A stretch of DNA of 64,000 bases from Nitrosopumilus sp. (GCA_965224195.1 OZ245040.1:1568001-1632000), one strand, 5' to 3'. Counted from the first letter of the stretch, positions 43,490 through 53,671 are shown. The notes: a model not told the origin generated them from the letters alone. Translations and numbers: made by a program.

Positions 43490-43523
43490 TGCACGCACGC
43501 ACACGCACACACACCCCCCCCCC
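43490..43523 (-). promoter_or_regulatory. G10 homopolymer plus GT/GC microsatellite upstream of the 3183-aa gene
   Basis: C10 at 43514-43523 next to cacgcacgcacacgcacacaca. The regulatory role is inferred. Confidence 0.45.
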
Positions 43524-43735
43524 AAATCAGTGATAGGCAAGATATAAGCAATATGCACATATTAACCAGAAAACACATGTATTTAATCATTTTGTAATCT
43601 GGGTTTTGCCAGCTTGTCTTGTCTTAAATTCTTGAAAAGAGGACTGGAACAACAGTCCAAGCGTTAGTATTTGACACTAGAGTATGCTCATCTAAGGTAA
43701 GGCATAAGCGCATATGAAACAGCAGACTGTCACAA

Positions 43736-44140
43736 TTGAACTGTGACGGGTTTGCAAATAAATGCCGCATTGCATATGATGTTCACAATGAGAAAATAAA
43801 TGACTTGGTAATGCGTTCTGCATGCGGTGCAGAGTTTCAAAATTATACGGCATATATTTACGAGACTGTATCTGTCAGTATAATTGCGTCAGTCAAGGGG
43901 GACTTTGACTTTGCATGTGCTGTTGTGGCCGTTTTGAGCAGACAGTACGCCAGATACCAGTCAATAGCATATCTGGACAACTTTGCAGGAGCAAAAGACT
44001 TGACAGTTCATTATTTCCCAGAGAAGGGCAGGGCTGCAGCTGATGAGTACATTGCAGTGAATCACCCAGACTTTGAAAGAATAGACATGTCAGAAATTGA
44101 ATCCATTGCTGCAAAGTTTCTGAAAAGATGCCAGTCTTGA
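43736..44140 (+). CDS. Hypothetical protein
   Basis: 134-aa ORF between the two giant genes. Confidence 0.55.
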   Translation: MNCDGFANKCRIAYDVHNEKINDLVMRSACGAEFQNYTAYIYETVSVSIIASVKGDFDFACAVVAVLSRQYARYQSIAYLDNFAGAKDLTVHYFPEKGRAAADEYIAVNHPDFERIDMSEIESIAAKFLKRCQS

Positions 44141-44262
44141 GGGCAGCAAATTATAGAGGCTAAAAACACATGCCGTGATAAATCCTGCGACCAGGGGTTT
44201 TTTTACATCTTTATAAATTCAAAAAACTTGCAACGTGTCCTGCTGCAAATCAAACTTTAGAA

Positions 44263-47200
44263 CTATTTTTTCTTTATTATTTCAAAATAATAAACAATGG
44301 CAGCAAACACAACGACAAAAAATATTATTGAAATTATTAGTAATTCACTCATCGATAGTTTAGGTGCAACAGGTTCAGGTGTTGGTTCAGGTGTGTATAC
44401 AGGCTCTGGTGTGTATACAGGCTCTGGTGTGTATACAGGTTCAGGTGTGTATACAGGTTCAGGTGTTGGTTCAGGTGTGTATACAGGTTCTGGTGTTAGC
44501 TCTGGTGTGTATACAGGTTCCGGTGTTGGCTCTGGTGCTCTGACAGATGACGGCCTGTTGTCCCTGCCGACAATGTCTTTTAACAGTTCATCCAAATTCA
44601 TATTATCATAATATACTATGCCAGGCAGTTCCTTCAGTATGATGTGGCCATCACAGTATGCCGCAGCAGATTCTACCTGTGCCTGTTTTTGTGATTTGTC
44701 GTAACTTTTTATCGACATTACATTTTCAGAAAGCATCTCTAAACCCTCAAAGCTAAACGCATATAGAGAGATGGGTACGTGCACGGACTTGAGAAGATCC
44801 TTCATGCTGGCCTGGGATGTCATATCAATGCCAACATTGGATGGATGCCCGTCCAAGACAATGGAGGCGCCAAGGTTGTCCCCATATGTACCTGCAACTA
44901 GTACCACATCATTTTCCAGTCCGCACTGGTTGTACAGTAGTAGTATTGGACTCATTGTAAAACCTACAGAGCCGCTGCTGCTGCTGCCACGGTCAGCAGG
45001 CTGTGGTGTAGTAGGCTGTGGTGCGATGGGTTTTGGTGTGATGGGTTTTGGTGGCAAGGCATCCTCTGGTATTTCTTTAGGAGTGCTGTCAATTACTGCA
45101 GTATCTAGTTCAACACTGACTGCATCTTCAATGACAATAGGATCCCTTACGGCAAGTACTAGGCTGTCATCCTTCTTCACCACATCTGCACCATCTGATG
45201 TTGGGATGTCATCAGCTAGTGACTTGGTGTGCTGCACTGCCGTACCATCAGGTGTAGAGCTGGTATTCTTTGTTACATCCACGCCGTCTGATGTTGGAAT
45301 ATTGTCAGCCAGTGATTTGACATATTGCTTGGTTACAGAGATACCATCAGATGTTGGAATGTCATCAGCTAGTGACTTGGTGTGCTGCACTGCCGTGCCA
45401 TCAGGTGTCAAGCTGGTATTCTTTGTTACATCCACGCCGTCTGATGTTGGAATATTGTCAGCCAGTGATTTGACATATTGTTTGGTTACAGAGATATCAT
45501 CAGATGTTGGGGCTTCATCAGATGTAGATATGGCATATAGTTTCACTACATCTGCATTGTCCCTTGTTGGGATGTCATCAGATATGGATCTAGAGTACCG
45601 CTTTACCACATCTGCACCATCTGATGTTTTGATAACATCAGCTAGAGATTTTACATATTGCTTTGTTACATTCACATCATCAGATGTTGGGATAGTATCA
45701 GATGGAGATATGGCATATTGTTTCACTACATCTGCACCATCAGATGTTGGAATGGTGTCAGCTGGAGATATGGCATATTGTTTCACCACATCTGCACCAT
45801 CTGATGTTGGAATGGTGTCAGCTGGAGATATGGCATATTGTTTCACCACATCTGCACCATCTGATGTTTGGATGTCATCAGCTAGTGATTTGACATATTG
45901 TTTGGTTACAGAGATACCATCAGATGTTGGAATGGTGTCAGCTGGAGATATGGCATATTGTTTCACTACATCTGCACCATCTGATGTTGGAATATTGTCA
46001 GCTAGTGATTTGACATATTGTTTGGTTACAGAGATACCATCAGATGTTGGAATGGTGTCAGCTGGAGATATGGCATATTGTTTCACTACATCTGCACCAT
46101 CTGATGTTTGGATGTCATCAGCTAGTGATTTGACATATTGTTTGGTTACAGAGATACCATCTGATGTTTGGATGTCATCAGATGGAGATATGGCATATTG
46201 TTTCACCACATCAACTGCGTCCTTTGATGGAGCTGCATCAGATGGAGATATGGCATACAGTTTCACTACATCTGCACCATCTGATGTTTTGATAATATCA
46301 GCTAGAGACTTTGCATATTGCTTTGTTACATCTACTACATCTGATGTTAGGATAGTATCAGATATGGATTTGACATATTGTTTGGTTACAGAGATATCAT
46401 CAGATGTTGGAGCTTCATCAGATGTAGATATGGCATATAGTTTCACTACATCTGCATTGTCCCTTGTTGGGATGTCATCAGATATGGATTTGACATATTG
46501 TTTGGTTACAGAGATATCATCAGATGTTGGGATAGTATCAGCTGCTAAGCTGGCATACAGTTTCGCCACAACCGCACCATCAGATGTTGGGATAGTATCA
46601 GCTGCTAAGCTGGCATACAGTTTCGCCACAACCGCACCATCAGATGTTGGGATAGTATCAGATATGGATTTGACATATTGTTTGGTTACAGAGATATCAT
46701 CAGATGTTGGAATTGTATCAGATGTAGATATGGCATATAGTTTCACTACATCTGCATTGTCCCTTGTTGGGATGTCATCAGATGTAGATCTAGAGTACCG
46801 CTTTACCACATCTGCATCATCTGATGTTGGAGCTTCATCAGATGTAGATATTGCATATAGTTTCACTACATCCGCATCATCTGATGTTTGGATGTCATCA
46901 GATATGGATTTGACATATTGTTTGGTTACAGAGATATCATCAGATGTTGGGATAGTATCAGATGTAGATCTAGAGTACCGCTTTACCACATCTGCACCAT
47001 CTGATGTTTGGATGTCATCAGCTAGTGATTTGACATATTGTTTGGTTACAGAGATACCATCAGATGTTGGAATATTGTCAGATGGAGATATTGCATATTG
47101 TTTCACTACATCTGCACCATCTGATGTTGGAATATTGTCAGCCAGTGATTTGACATATTGCTTGGTTACAGAGATATCATCAGATGTTGGAGCTTCATCA

Positions 47201-50200
47201 GATGTAGATATTGCATACAGTTTCACTACATCAACTGCGTCCTTTGATGGAACTGCATCAGATGGAGATATGGCATACAGTTTCACTACATCCGCATTGT
47301 CCCTTGTTGGGATGTCATCAGATATGGATCTAGAGTACCGCTTTACCACATCTGCACCATCTGATGTTTGGATGTCATCAGATATGGATTTGACATATTG
47401 CTTGGTTACATCCACATCATCAGATGTTGGAATTGTATCAGATATGGATCTAGAGTACCGCTTTACCACATCTGCACCATCTGATGTTTGGATGTCATCA
47501 GATATGGATTTGACATATTGTTTGGTTACATCCACATCATCAGATGTTGGAATTGTATCAGATATGGATCTAGAGTACCGCTTTACCACATCTGCACCAT
47601 CTGATGTTTGGATGTCATCAGATATGGATTTGACATATTGTTTGGTTACATCCACATCATCAGATGTTGGAATTGTATCAGATATGGATCTAGAGTACCG
47701 CTTTACCACATCTGCATCATCTGATGTTGGAGCTTCATCAGATGGAGATATGGCATACAGTTTCACTACATCAACTGCGTCCTTTGATGGAATTGTATCA
47801 TATGGAGATATGGCATACAGTTTCACTACATCTGCATCATCTGATGTTGGGATGGTGTCAGCTGCTAAGCGGGCATACAGTTTCGCCACAACCGCACCAT
47901 CAGATGTTAGGATAGTATCAGATGGAGATATGGCATACAGTTTCACTACATCCGCATTGTCCCTTGTTGGGATGTCATCAGATATGGATTTGACATATTG
48001 TTTGGTTACAGAGATATCATCGGATGTTGGGATGGTGTCAGATGGAGATATGGCATACAGTTTCACTACATCAACTGCGTCCTTTGATGGAATTGTATCA
48101 GATGGAGATATGGCATACAGTTTCACTACATCTGCACCATCTGATGTTTTGATAATATCAGCTAGAGACTTTGCATATTGCTTTGTTACATCTACTACAT
48201 CTGATGTTTGGATGTCATCAGATATGGATTTGACATATTGTTTGGTTACAGAGATATCATCGGATGTTGGAGCTTCATCAGATGTAGATATGGCATATAG
48301 TTTCGCCACATCTGCATTGTCCCTTGTTGGGATGTCATCAGCTAGTGATTTGACATATTGTTTGGTTACAGAGATACCATCAGATGTTGGAGCATCATCA
48401 GATGTAGATATGGCATATAGTTTCGCCACATCTGCATTGTCCCTTGTTGGGATGTCATCAGATATGGATTTGACATATTGTTTGGTTACAGAGATACCAT
48501 CAGATGTTTGGATGTCATCAGATATGGATTTGACATATTGTTTGGTTACAGAGATACCATCAGATGTTTGGATGTCATCAGATATGGATTTGACATATTG
48601 TTTGGTTACAGAGATACCATCAGATGTTTGGATGTCATCAGATATGGATTTGACATATTGTTTGGTTACAGAGATACCATCAGATGTTTGGATGTCATCA
48701 GATATGGATTTGACATATTGTTTGGTTACAGAGATACCATCAGATGTTTGGATGTCATCAGATATGGATTTGACATATTGTTTGGTTACAGAGATACCAT
48801 CAGATGTTTGGATGTCATCAGATATGGATTTGACATATTGTTTGGTTACAGAGATACCATCAGATGTTTGGATGTCATCAGATATGGATTTGACATATTG
48901 TTTGGTTACAGAGATACCATCAGATGTTTGGATGTCATCAGATATGGATTTGACATATTGTTTGGTTACAGAGATACCATCAGATGTTTGGATGTCATCA
49001 GATGGAGATATGGCATACAGTTTCATCACATCAACTGCGTCCTTTGATGGAGCTGCATCAGATGGAGATATGGCATACAGTTTCATCACATCTGCATCGT
49101 CCCTTGTTGGGATGTCATCAGCTGGAGATATGGCATACAGTTTCATCACATGGTGCAAAGTAGACGCTATTGAATCCCTGATTACTGCCCTGTCAGACGC
49201 ATATACTGTGTGGTGTTTGACGGCTGATGCCGCATCCCTGATCACTGCCCTGTCAGACGCATATACTGTGTGGTGTTTGACGGCTGATGCCGCATCCCTG
49301 ATCACTGCCCTGTCAGACGCATATACTGTGTGGTGTTTGACGGCTGATGCCGCATCCCTGATCACTGCCCTGTCAGACGCATATACTGTGTGGTGTTTGA
49401 CGGCTGATGCCGCATCCCTGATCACTGCCATGTCAGGCACGGTGTAGTTTTTTCTAACCGATGCAGAATCCGATACGGTTATTTTGTCAGGTTCGGTTTG
49501 TACATCGACATACAATGCCAGGGGTGCATCATCAGAGTCCATCTTGTTCCCATGCATGTCATAGACGCCCCCGACAATGCGGAGTTCGTCCATAGAGTTA
49601 TCCAAAGTTCGTTTCAGTTGATTGTCAGTTAGCCTTATACGCAAGTCAGTACCGTCAGCAGACGTGGCTTTCTGTGCGCCATCAAGGGGCGCCTCCAGGT
49701 CTTTATGTGTCGCCCTTATTGTCATCTTAGAAAGATCAATTCTGGAGACATCTATTGCCTCACTGAATCTTACAAGCAGCTCGCCGGATCTCTTGTCCAG
49801 CATTGCCGGGATCATCGGCATGTGTGTAAGGTCAAATATGATCACGCTGTCTGACCCGCGAAAAGTGGCTGCGGCATATGTTCTGGGGCCGACAGTCATG
49901 ATTGAAACGTCACTTGCAATGGCTGTATCATCACCAATGTGCCGGTATGACATATACAGCCAGTCGCCGTATATCTTGTAATTTTTCGGATCTGTTATGT
50001 CAATTACCTGAATGCCCTGGTCTGTTTTGGCACTTGTAATGGCATAGACTTTGGAGTCAATACTGGCAACGGCGACTGCATTGTTGGCGTTTTCGGGCTT
50101 TGCAATGTGGGGAATAAACGCATGTGTCGTGAATGGCTTTTTGGGATCAGTAATGTCAATCATCTGAATGTTTTTGTCGCTGGCCAGATCCACTACTGCA

Positions 50201-51081
50201 TATGTTCTGGAGTTGATGCTTGTGATGGCCACGCCGATCGGCTTCTCCAGGTTGTAGCTGTGTGCAAGGGATGCAACCGGAGACGGGCGTCTGGGATCCG
50301 TGATATCGATTATCTGAATGCCGTTATCAGAGTATGCTGTTGCTACCATGTATGTTTTGGAGCCCATGGTTGTTGTAGCGATGGCATTTACTCCACCAAG
50401 CGTGTCAAAGCTGCCTGTATCATCACGTATGTATGCAATCTTTTTTAATATAAAATGCATATCCAGTATTGTAATGCGGCTGTCTTCTGTCTCAGTCACT
50501 ATCACATAGTCTTTCAAACCAATGGTAACAGTATCTATGCTTGTGGGGTTGTTAATTATAGGATTGTTAGAATCAGAATTAAGTATGCTGCCATAACCAA
50601 TTTTAGGAAGGTCTGGATGGGTAATATCTATCCCAAGTACTGGGAGAAGAGTGCTATTGTTAGTGACTAGGGCGTAGACGGAATCATCAACAGTAGTAAT
50701 GGTAACATCCATCGGATGTCCATATTGAGTAAAGTTTACAGACGATATCCGGAGGGGGTTTGCAGGATCAGTTATCTCAATTATCTGCATGCCTTTGTCA
50801 TCATGGGCTGCCACTATTGCATAAGTTCTATCTTTGATGCTGGCAATGGCTACAGTGTTGGCCCCGCCAAGCTTGTCAAAGCCTGATTGTCCGTCAGTCA
50901 TATTTGCAATTGGAAATGCTTTCCCAAGCAGAAAGGGTTTTGTTTTGTCATCCTGTGCCGGATGCTGCTGCGCATGTGCATTTTCAGGCATGTCAGGAAT
51001 GCAGAGAACTGCAATCATGATGCATGTTGCCGCAACGACACAGAAGATGCCAGGCTTGGACACAGGATGTCCTGCTGCCAT
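44263..51081 (-). CDS. Giant membrane-anchored surface protein (~2270 aa): LVIVD-type propeller, 20-aa repeat shaft, Pro/Glu/Thr stalk, C-terminal TM
   Basis: Likely start ATG 51081 followed by a hydrophobic signal; GIQIIDITDP..P blades; (KSISDDIQTSDGISVTKQYV)n; [10 protein letters not shown]; LLIISIIFFVVVFAAIVYYF-KKK. Confidence 0.88.
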   Translation of the reverse strand: MAAGHPVSKPGIFCVVAATCIMIAVLCIPDMPENAHAQQHPAQDDKTKPFLLGKAFPIANMTDGQSGFDKLGGANTVAIASIKDRTYAIVAAHDDKGMQIIEITDPANPLRISSVNFTQYGHPMDVTITTVDDSVYALVTNNSTLLPVLGIDITHPDLPKIGYGSILNSDSNNPIINNPTSIDTVTIGLKDYVIVTETEDSRITILDMHFILKKIAYIRDDTGSFDTLGGVNAIATTTMGSKTYMVATAYSDNGIQIIDITDPRRPSPVASLAHSYNLEKPIGVAITSINSRTYAVVDLASDKNIQMIDITDPKKPFTTHAFIPHIAKPENANNAVAVASIDSKVYAITSAKTDQGIQVIDITDPKNYKIYGDWLYMSYRHIGDDTAIASDVSIMTVGPRTYAAATFRGSDSVIIFDLTHMPMIPAMLDKRSGELLVRFSEAIDVSRIDLSKMTIRATHKDLEAPLDGAQKATSADGTDLRIRLTDNQLKRTLDNSMDELRIVGGVYDMHGNKMDSDDAPLALYVDVQTEPDKITVSDSASVRKNYTVPDMAVIRDAASAVKHHTVYASDRAVIRDAASAVKHHTVYASDRAVIRDAASAVKHHTVYASDRAVIRDAASAVKHHTVYASDRAVIRDSIASTLHHVMKLYAISPADDIPTRDDADVMKLYAISPSDAAPSKDAVDVMKLYAISPSDDIQTSDGISVTKQYVKSISDDIQTSDGISVTKQYVKSISDDIQTSDGISVTKQYVKSISDDIQTSDGISVTKQYVKSISDDIQTSDGISVTKQYVKSISDDIQTSDGISVTKQYVKSISDDIQTSDGISVTKQYVKSISDDIQTSDGISVTKQYVKSISDDIQTSDGISVTKQYVKSISDDIPTRDNADVAKLYAISTSDDAPTSDGISVTKQYVKSLADDIPTRDNADVAKLYAISTSDEAPTSDDISVTKQYVKSISDDIQTSDVVDVTKQYAKSLADIIKTSDGADVVKLYAISPSDTIPSKDAVDVVKLYAISPSDTIPTSDDISVTKQYVKSISDDIPTRDNADVVKLYAISPSDTILTSDGAVVAKLYARLAADTIPTSDDADVVKLYAISPYDTIPSKDAVDVVKLYAISPSDEAPTSDDADVVKRYSRSISDTIPTSDDVDVTKQYVKSISDDIQTSDGADVVKRYSRSISDTIPTSDDVDVTKQYVKSISDDIQTSDGADVVKRYSRSISDTIPTSDDVDVTKQYVKSISDDIQTSDGADVVKRYSRSISDDIPTRDNADVVKLYAISPSDAVPSKDAVDVVKLYAISTSDEAPTSDDISVTKQYVKSLADNIPTSDGADVVKQYAISPSDNIPTSDGISVTKQYVKSLADDIQTSDGADVVKRYSRSTSDTIPTSDDISVTKQYVKSISDDIQTSDDADVVKLYAISTSDEAPTSDDADVVKRYSRSTSDDIPTRDNADVVKLYAISTSDTIPTSDDISVTKQYVKSISDTIPTSDGAVVAKLYASLAADTIPTSDGAVVAKLYASLAADTIPTSDDISVTKQYVKSISDDIPTRDNADVVKLYAISTSDEAPTSDDISVTKQYVKSISDTILTSDVVDVTKQYAKSLADIIKTSDGADVVKLYAISPSDAAPSKDAVDVVKQYAISPSDDIQTSDGISVTKQYVKSLADDIQTSDGADVVKQYAISPADTIPTSDGISVTKQYVKSLADNIPTSDGADVVKQYAISPADTIPTSDGISVTKQYVKSLADDIQTSDGADVVKQYAISPADTIPTSDGADVVKQYAISPADTIPTSDGADVVKQYAISPSDTIPTSDDVNVTKQYVKSLADVIKTSDGADVVKRYSRSISDDIPTRDNADVVKLYAISTSDEAPTSDDISVTKQYVKSLADNIPTSDGVDVTKNTSLTPDGTAVQHTKSLADDIPTSDGISVTKQYVKSLADNIPTSDGVDVTKNTSSTPDGTAVQHTKSLADDIPTSDGADVVKKDDSLVLAVRDPIVIEDAVSVELDTAVIDSTPKEIPEDALPPKPITPKPIAPQPTTPQPADRGSSSSGSVGFTMSPILLLYNQCGLENDVVLVAGTYGDNLGASIVLDGHPSNVGIDMTSQASMKDLLKSVHVPISLYAFSFEGLEMLSENVMSIKSYDKSQKQAQVESAAAYCDGHIILKELPGIVYYDNMNLDELLKDIVGRDNRPSSVRAPEPTPEPVYTPELTPEPVYTPEPTPEPVYTPEPVYTPEPVYTPEPVYTPEPTPEPVAPKLSMSELLIISIIFFVVVFAAIVYYFEIIKKK
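45170..49440. repeat. About 70 tandem 60-bp coding repeats, part identical and part mosaic
   Basis: Columns align in the 60-nt sequence lines; a run of identical lines at about 48480-48960. Confidence 0.97.
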
Positions 51082-51090
51082 GATTGCCCA

Positions 51091-51103
51091 CCCCCCCCCC
51101 CCC
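51091..51103 (-). promoter_or_regulatory. G13 homopolymer about 10 nt upstream of the likely start codon
   Basis: C13 on the + strand; the minus strand reads G13-TGGGCAATC-ATG. Function inferred. Confidence 0.5.
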
Positions 51104-51233
51104 GAATATTGGAGGCGCAGTGGCAGGGGCCTAAAATTCCGAGACGTGTATGGCAGTAAACCAGACAAAATAAAAAATATCATGCTTTGATAAAAAAGAA
51201 AAGGAGGTATTATGTTATGTGACACCAATTCTA

Positions 51234-51980
51234 TTACGGGAGCATATCAAACGTGTATGTGATCTGAACTGTCTCGCCTGTGTTTACTATGACATCAGTT
51301 ATGGCCACTGATGCAAGCAGAATTCCGCCGTTTTTGTTACAGTTGTTAAAAGCATTGTTATCTGCTGACTCGTTGCTGCATATGCCTATGCCAGTTATTG
51401 TAGTGGCATCTGCAAAGTTTGTGCCATCAGCTGCAAACGTGAGAGGCCCTATGGTGGCTGTCTGGCCAGAATAGGTAACTGCATTATCCTGCATGCAGTT
51501 GTCTGTTGTCAGGCCGTTGGCCTGATCAAAACTGCTTGCGGTGTTACCTGCAGCTGGTGCAAAAGAACTTTGGTCAGTTACGCATATTGAGCCCACCCTG
51601 ACGTTGTCTGCAATGTCTGTTCCGCCGTCCTCAAATATTGATTGCAGGATATAGTCTGCACCCTCTTCTGTAAGAAGATTGGGGGACGTCTGGGTCAGCA
51701 TGACATTGCCGGAGCTGTCATACTTTGTGAGCGATATCACGCCGCTTGCCTTTATTGCGTCATTGGCTATGTCGTCTGCAAATAGCGTCTTTGACTGTAC
51801 ATCAGGATCAGATGTATTGCCTGTATCAAGTGCTGTTCCTAACCCTGGCATGTCTTTTGCAGGCTTCAACTGTACATCAAGATCAGATGTATTGCCTGTA
51901 TCAAGTGCTGAGGCGGCAACAAAGACTGCCAAGGCTGCAACTGCCATTGACGAATACAAGACTGCATTCTTTTTCTTCAT
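51234..51980 (-). CDS. Secreted beta-rich protein resembling phage tail-collar/fibre-associated structural proteins
   Basis: Signal peptide; G.ISLTKYDSSGNV...PNLLTEEG...ITGIGI...GILLASVAITDVIVNTGETVQITYTF. Family resemblance by eye only. Confidence 0.6.
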   Translation of the reverse strand: MKKKNAVLYSSMAVAALAVFVAASALDTGNTSDLDVQLKPAKDMPGLGTALDTGNTSDPDVQSKTLFADDIANDAIKASGVISLTKYDSSGNVMLTQTSPNLLTEEGADYILQSIFEDGGTDIADNVRVGSICVTDQSSFAPAAGNTASSFDQANGLTTDNCMQDNAVTYSGQTATIGPLTFAADGTNFADATTITGIGICSNESADNNAFNNCNKNGGILLASVAITDVIVNTGETVQITYTFDMLP

Positions 51981-52297
51981 GACAATAACAAGCTGTATTA
52001 TGTATAAGTATCTTTAACTAATCTTAGAACTGTGTATTATCCCAAAACCGGTTCTGTCAAGCAGTCCGCAGATAAGATCAAAATTTTCTTCGTGTCAAGT
52101 AATCGGAACATGGATTAGGATAATTTGATATCAGATGGTTCTCTTTTAATGGCCGGACACATATCTTGCAAGCCCGGGCTTTGTGTAATTTTTATCTCTT
52201 TGGGATTTGCCTTTCTTCAGCCTGCAATATCCGCGTCTCTTTTCTTTTCAGCTGGTTTTTTAGCCTTTAATTTACTGCACATTCCCTTACAACATTG

Positions 52298-52564
52298 CTA
52301 GTTGACTGCTGCACTGTCACTTGTTGCAATGGCTTCAGTTAGAATAATCTTTTTGGCATCTTTTTTTGGATCCTGCTTTGCCGTCTTTTTGGAATCATCA
52401 GTTATCAATTTCATACCCGTCTGTTTTTGTGATTCCTTCCAGTCCTCCATAATGCCATGAGATGTTTTACCATTCATATTCTTTGCATTTTGCTCTGCAA
52501 TTCTTTCCAGCCTGTCATCTGATATCTTTTTTGCCTCTGCTGTTTTTTTCTCCTTTTCTAGCAA
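52298..52564 (-). CDS. Small Lys-rich hypothetical protein or fragment
   Basis: 88-aa ORF with TTG start; its end (LTEAIATSDSAAV) resembles one shaft repeat unit. Confidence 0.4.
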   Translation of the reverse strand: MLEKEKKTAEAKKISDDRLERIAEQNAKNMNGKTSHGIMEDWKESQKQTGMKLITDDSKKTAKQDPKKDAKKIILTEAIATSDSAAVN

Positions 52565-52713
52565 TTGTTTTTCTTTAAAATTATATCATCATACCAAATC
52601 AATTAAATATTCTTCAAGTAGGTACCCTCAAAATTAATCCGTCATGATCATAGAGTACTTGTTTGTTTATGGGTCCCATCTACAAATTAACAATCTTTTT
52701 TTGATTAACTGTT

Positions 52714-52815
52714 AACCCTATGGAAATATTTCCACAGTGTTTATCTTCATTTCCAAGGGTCGGTCATTTGACCTAGCCTTCCAACCCTAGGGAAATATTA
52801 CCCAGGGGTTATCTT
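52714..52815. repeat. Two related 28-bp imperfect palindromes flanking a third palindrome
   Basis: AACCCTATGGAAATATTTCCACAGTGTT (52714) and AACCCTAGGGAAATATTACCCAGGGGTT (52783). Confidence 0.7.
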
Positions 52816-53012
52816 GTACATCACAAGTGGCCATCAAATGAAGAAACCTTCAATTAACATTAAGGAAACATTTCCTGAATGTTGCATATGTGGAGAGGGC
52901 AGGGGCAGGTATACCAGGTTTTGTTAACTCAAAACTAATTGTAGATTGAAATGGTATGTTGCCTGTTTGATTTGCAATTACACTTTTGGTGCCACCCATG
53001 TCCCACTCAAAT

Positions 53013-53477
53013 CTAATTAAATGTAAACATAGGAATTGTGATTTTTTGTTCTTGAGGATAAACATCAAATGCAATTGATGCATCTCCATCTCTATATCCA
53101 ATGTCAGGTCCTACCTCTAGACCATCAATCAAAACTATGGGTCCAAATTCGTTATTTTCTGGCATTTTATTTTTTATAAAATCTTCTTTAATAATAATAG
53201 TGAATTTTTCGTTAATATCTGATTTTACATCAAAGGTCAAAATACCACTGCTTTTTTCAAATGATGGATTTTTTACTATTGATGAATTACCAGATGAAAA
53301 ATACAAAAAAAGATAGGATTCACTTTCTGACTCTATTTCAAAATAATTATTTTTGCTTTCATTCGTTTCGTTGAAAACAATTGATAGGCCTACTATAGTG
53401 GCAATTATAATTCCAATAATCAAAATTTTAGCCATACGTATTGAAAGTATTTCTTCTGTATTCTGCAAAAAAGTCAT
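53013..53477 (-). CDS. Small membrane-anchored/exported protein
   Basis: Hydrophobic KILIIGIIIATIVGLSIVF; IVLIDG.E motif like thaumarchaeal surface domains. Confidence 0.65.
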   Translation of the reverse strand: MTFLQNTEEILSIRMAKILIIGIIIATIVGLSIVFNETNESKNNYFEIESESESYLFLYFSSGNSSIVKNPSFEKSSGILTFDVKSDINEKFTIIIKEDFIKNKMPENNEFGPIVLIDGLEVGPDIGYRDGDASIAFDVYPQEQKITIPMFTFN

Positions 53478-53671
53478 TATTTCTCAATAAAATGACATTC
53501 TATTAAAACTAATTTTATAAGGCATTGTAAAGTTGATGGGGCTTTAGATCCTAATTTTCTCTTGTCAACTTTCGAGACCTACATTGTTACTTTTCGGTTG
53601 CTGTGAAAACAATCTAAATTTGGAAATAAAATAGACTATTAATAATTGAAGTATGTAGAAGAAATAGGAAT

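Noticed and set aside
45170-49440. 60-bp periodic array as a CRISPR array
   Set aside because: No unique spacers; the units are contiguous, in frame and protein-coding.
44771-49447. 1558-aa ORF on the + strand
   Set aside because: Antisense shadow of the 60-bp repeat gene. The stop-free frame follows from repeat codon content, and the minus-strand protein has the signal peptide, domains and anchor.
51082-51228. Extended N-terminus of the 2321-aa ORF
   Set aside because: It runs through the G13 tract and has no signal-peptide character; the ATG at 51081 precedes the hydrophobic signal.
52049-52060. GGTTCTGTCAAG as an IS6-like end
   Set aside because: Only 12 bp, and no convincing partner end was found by eye.
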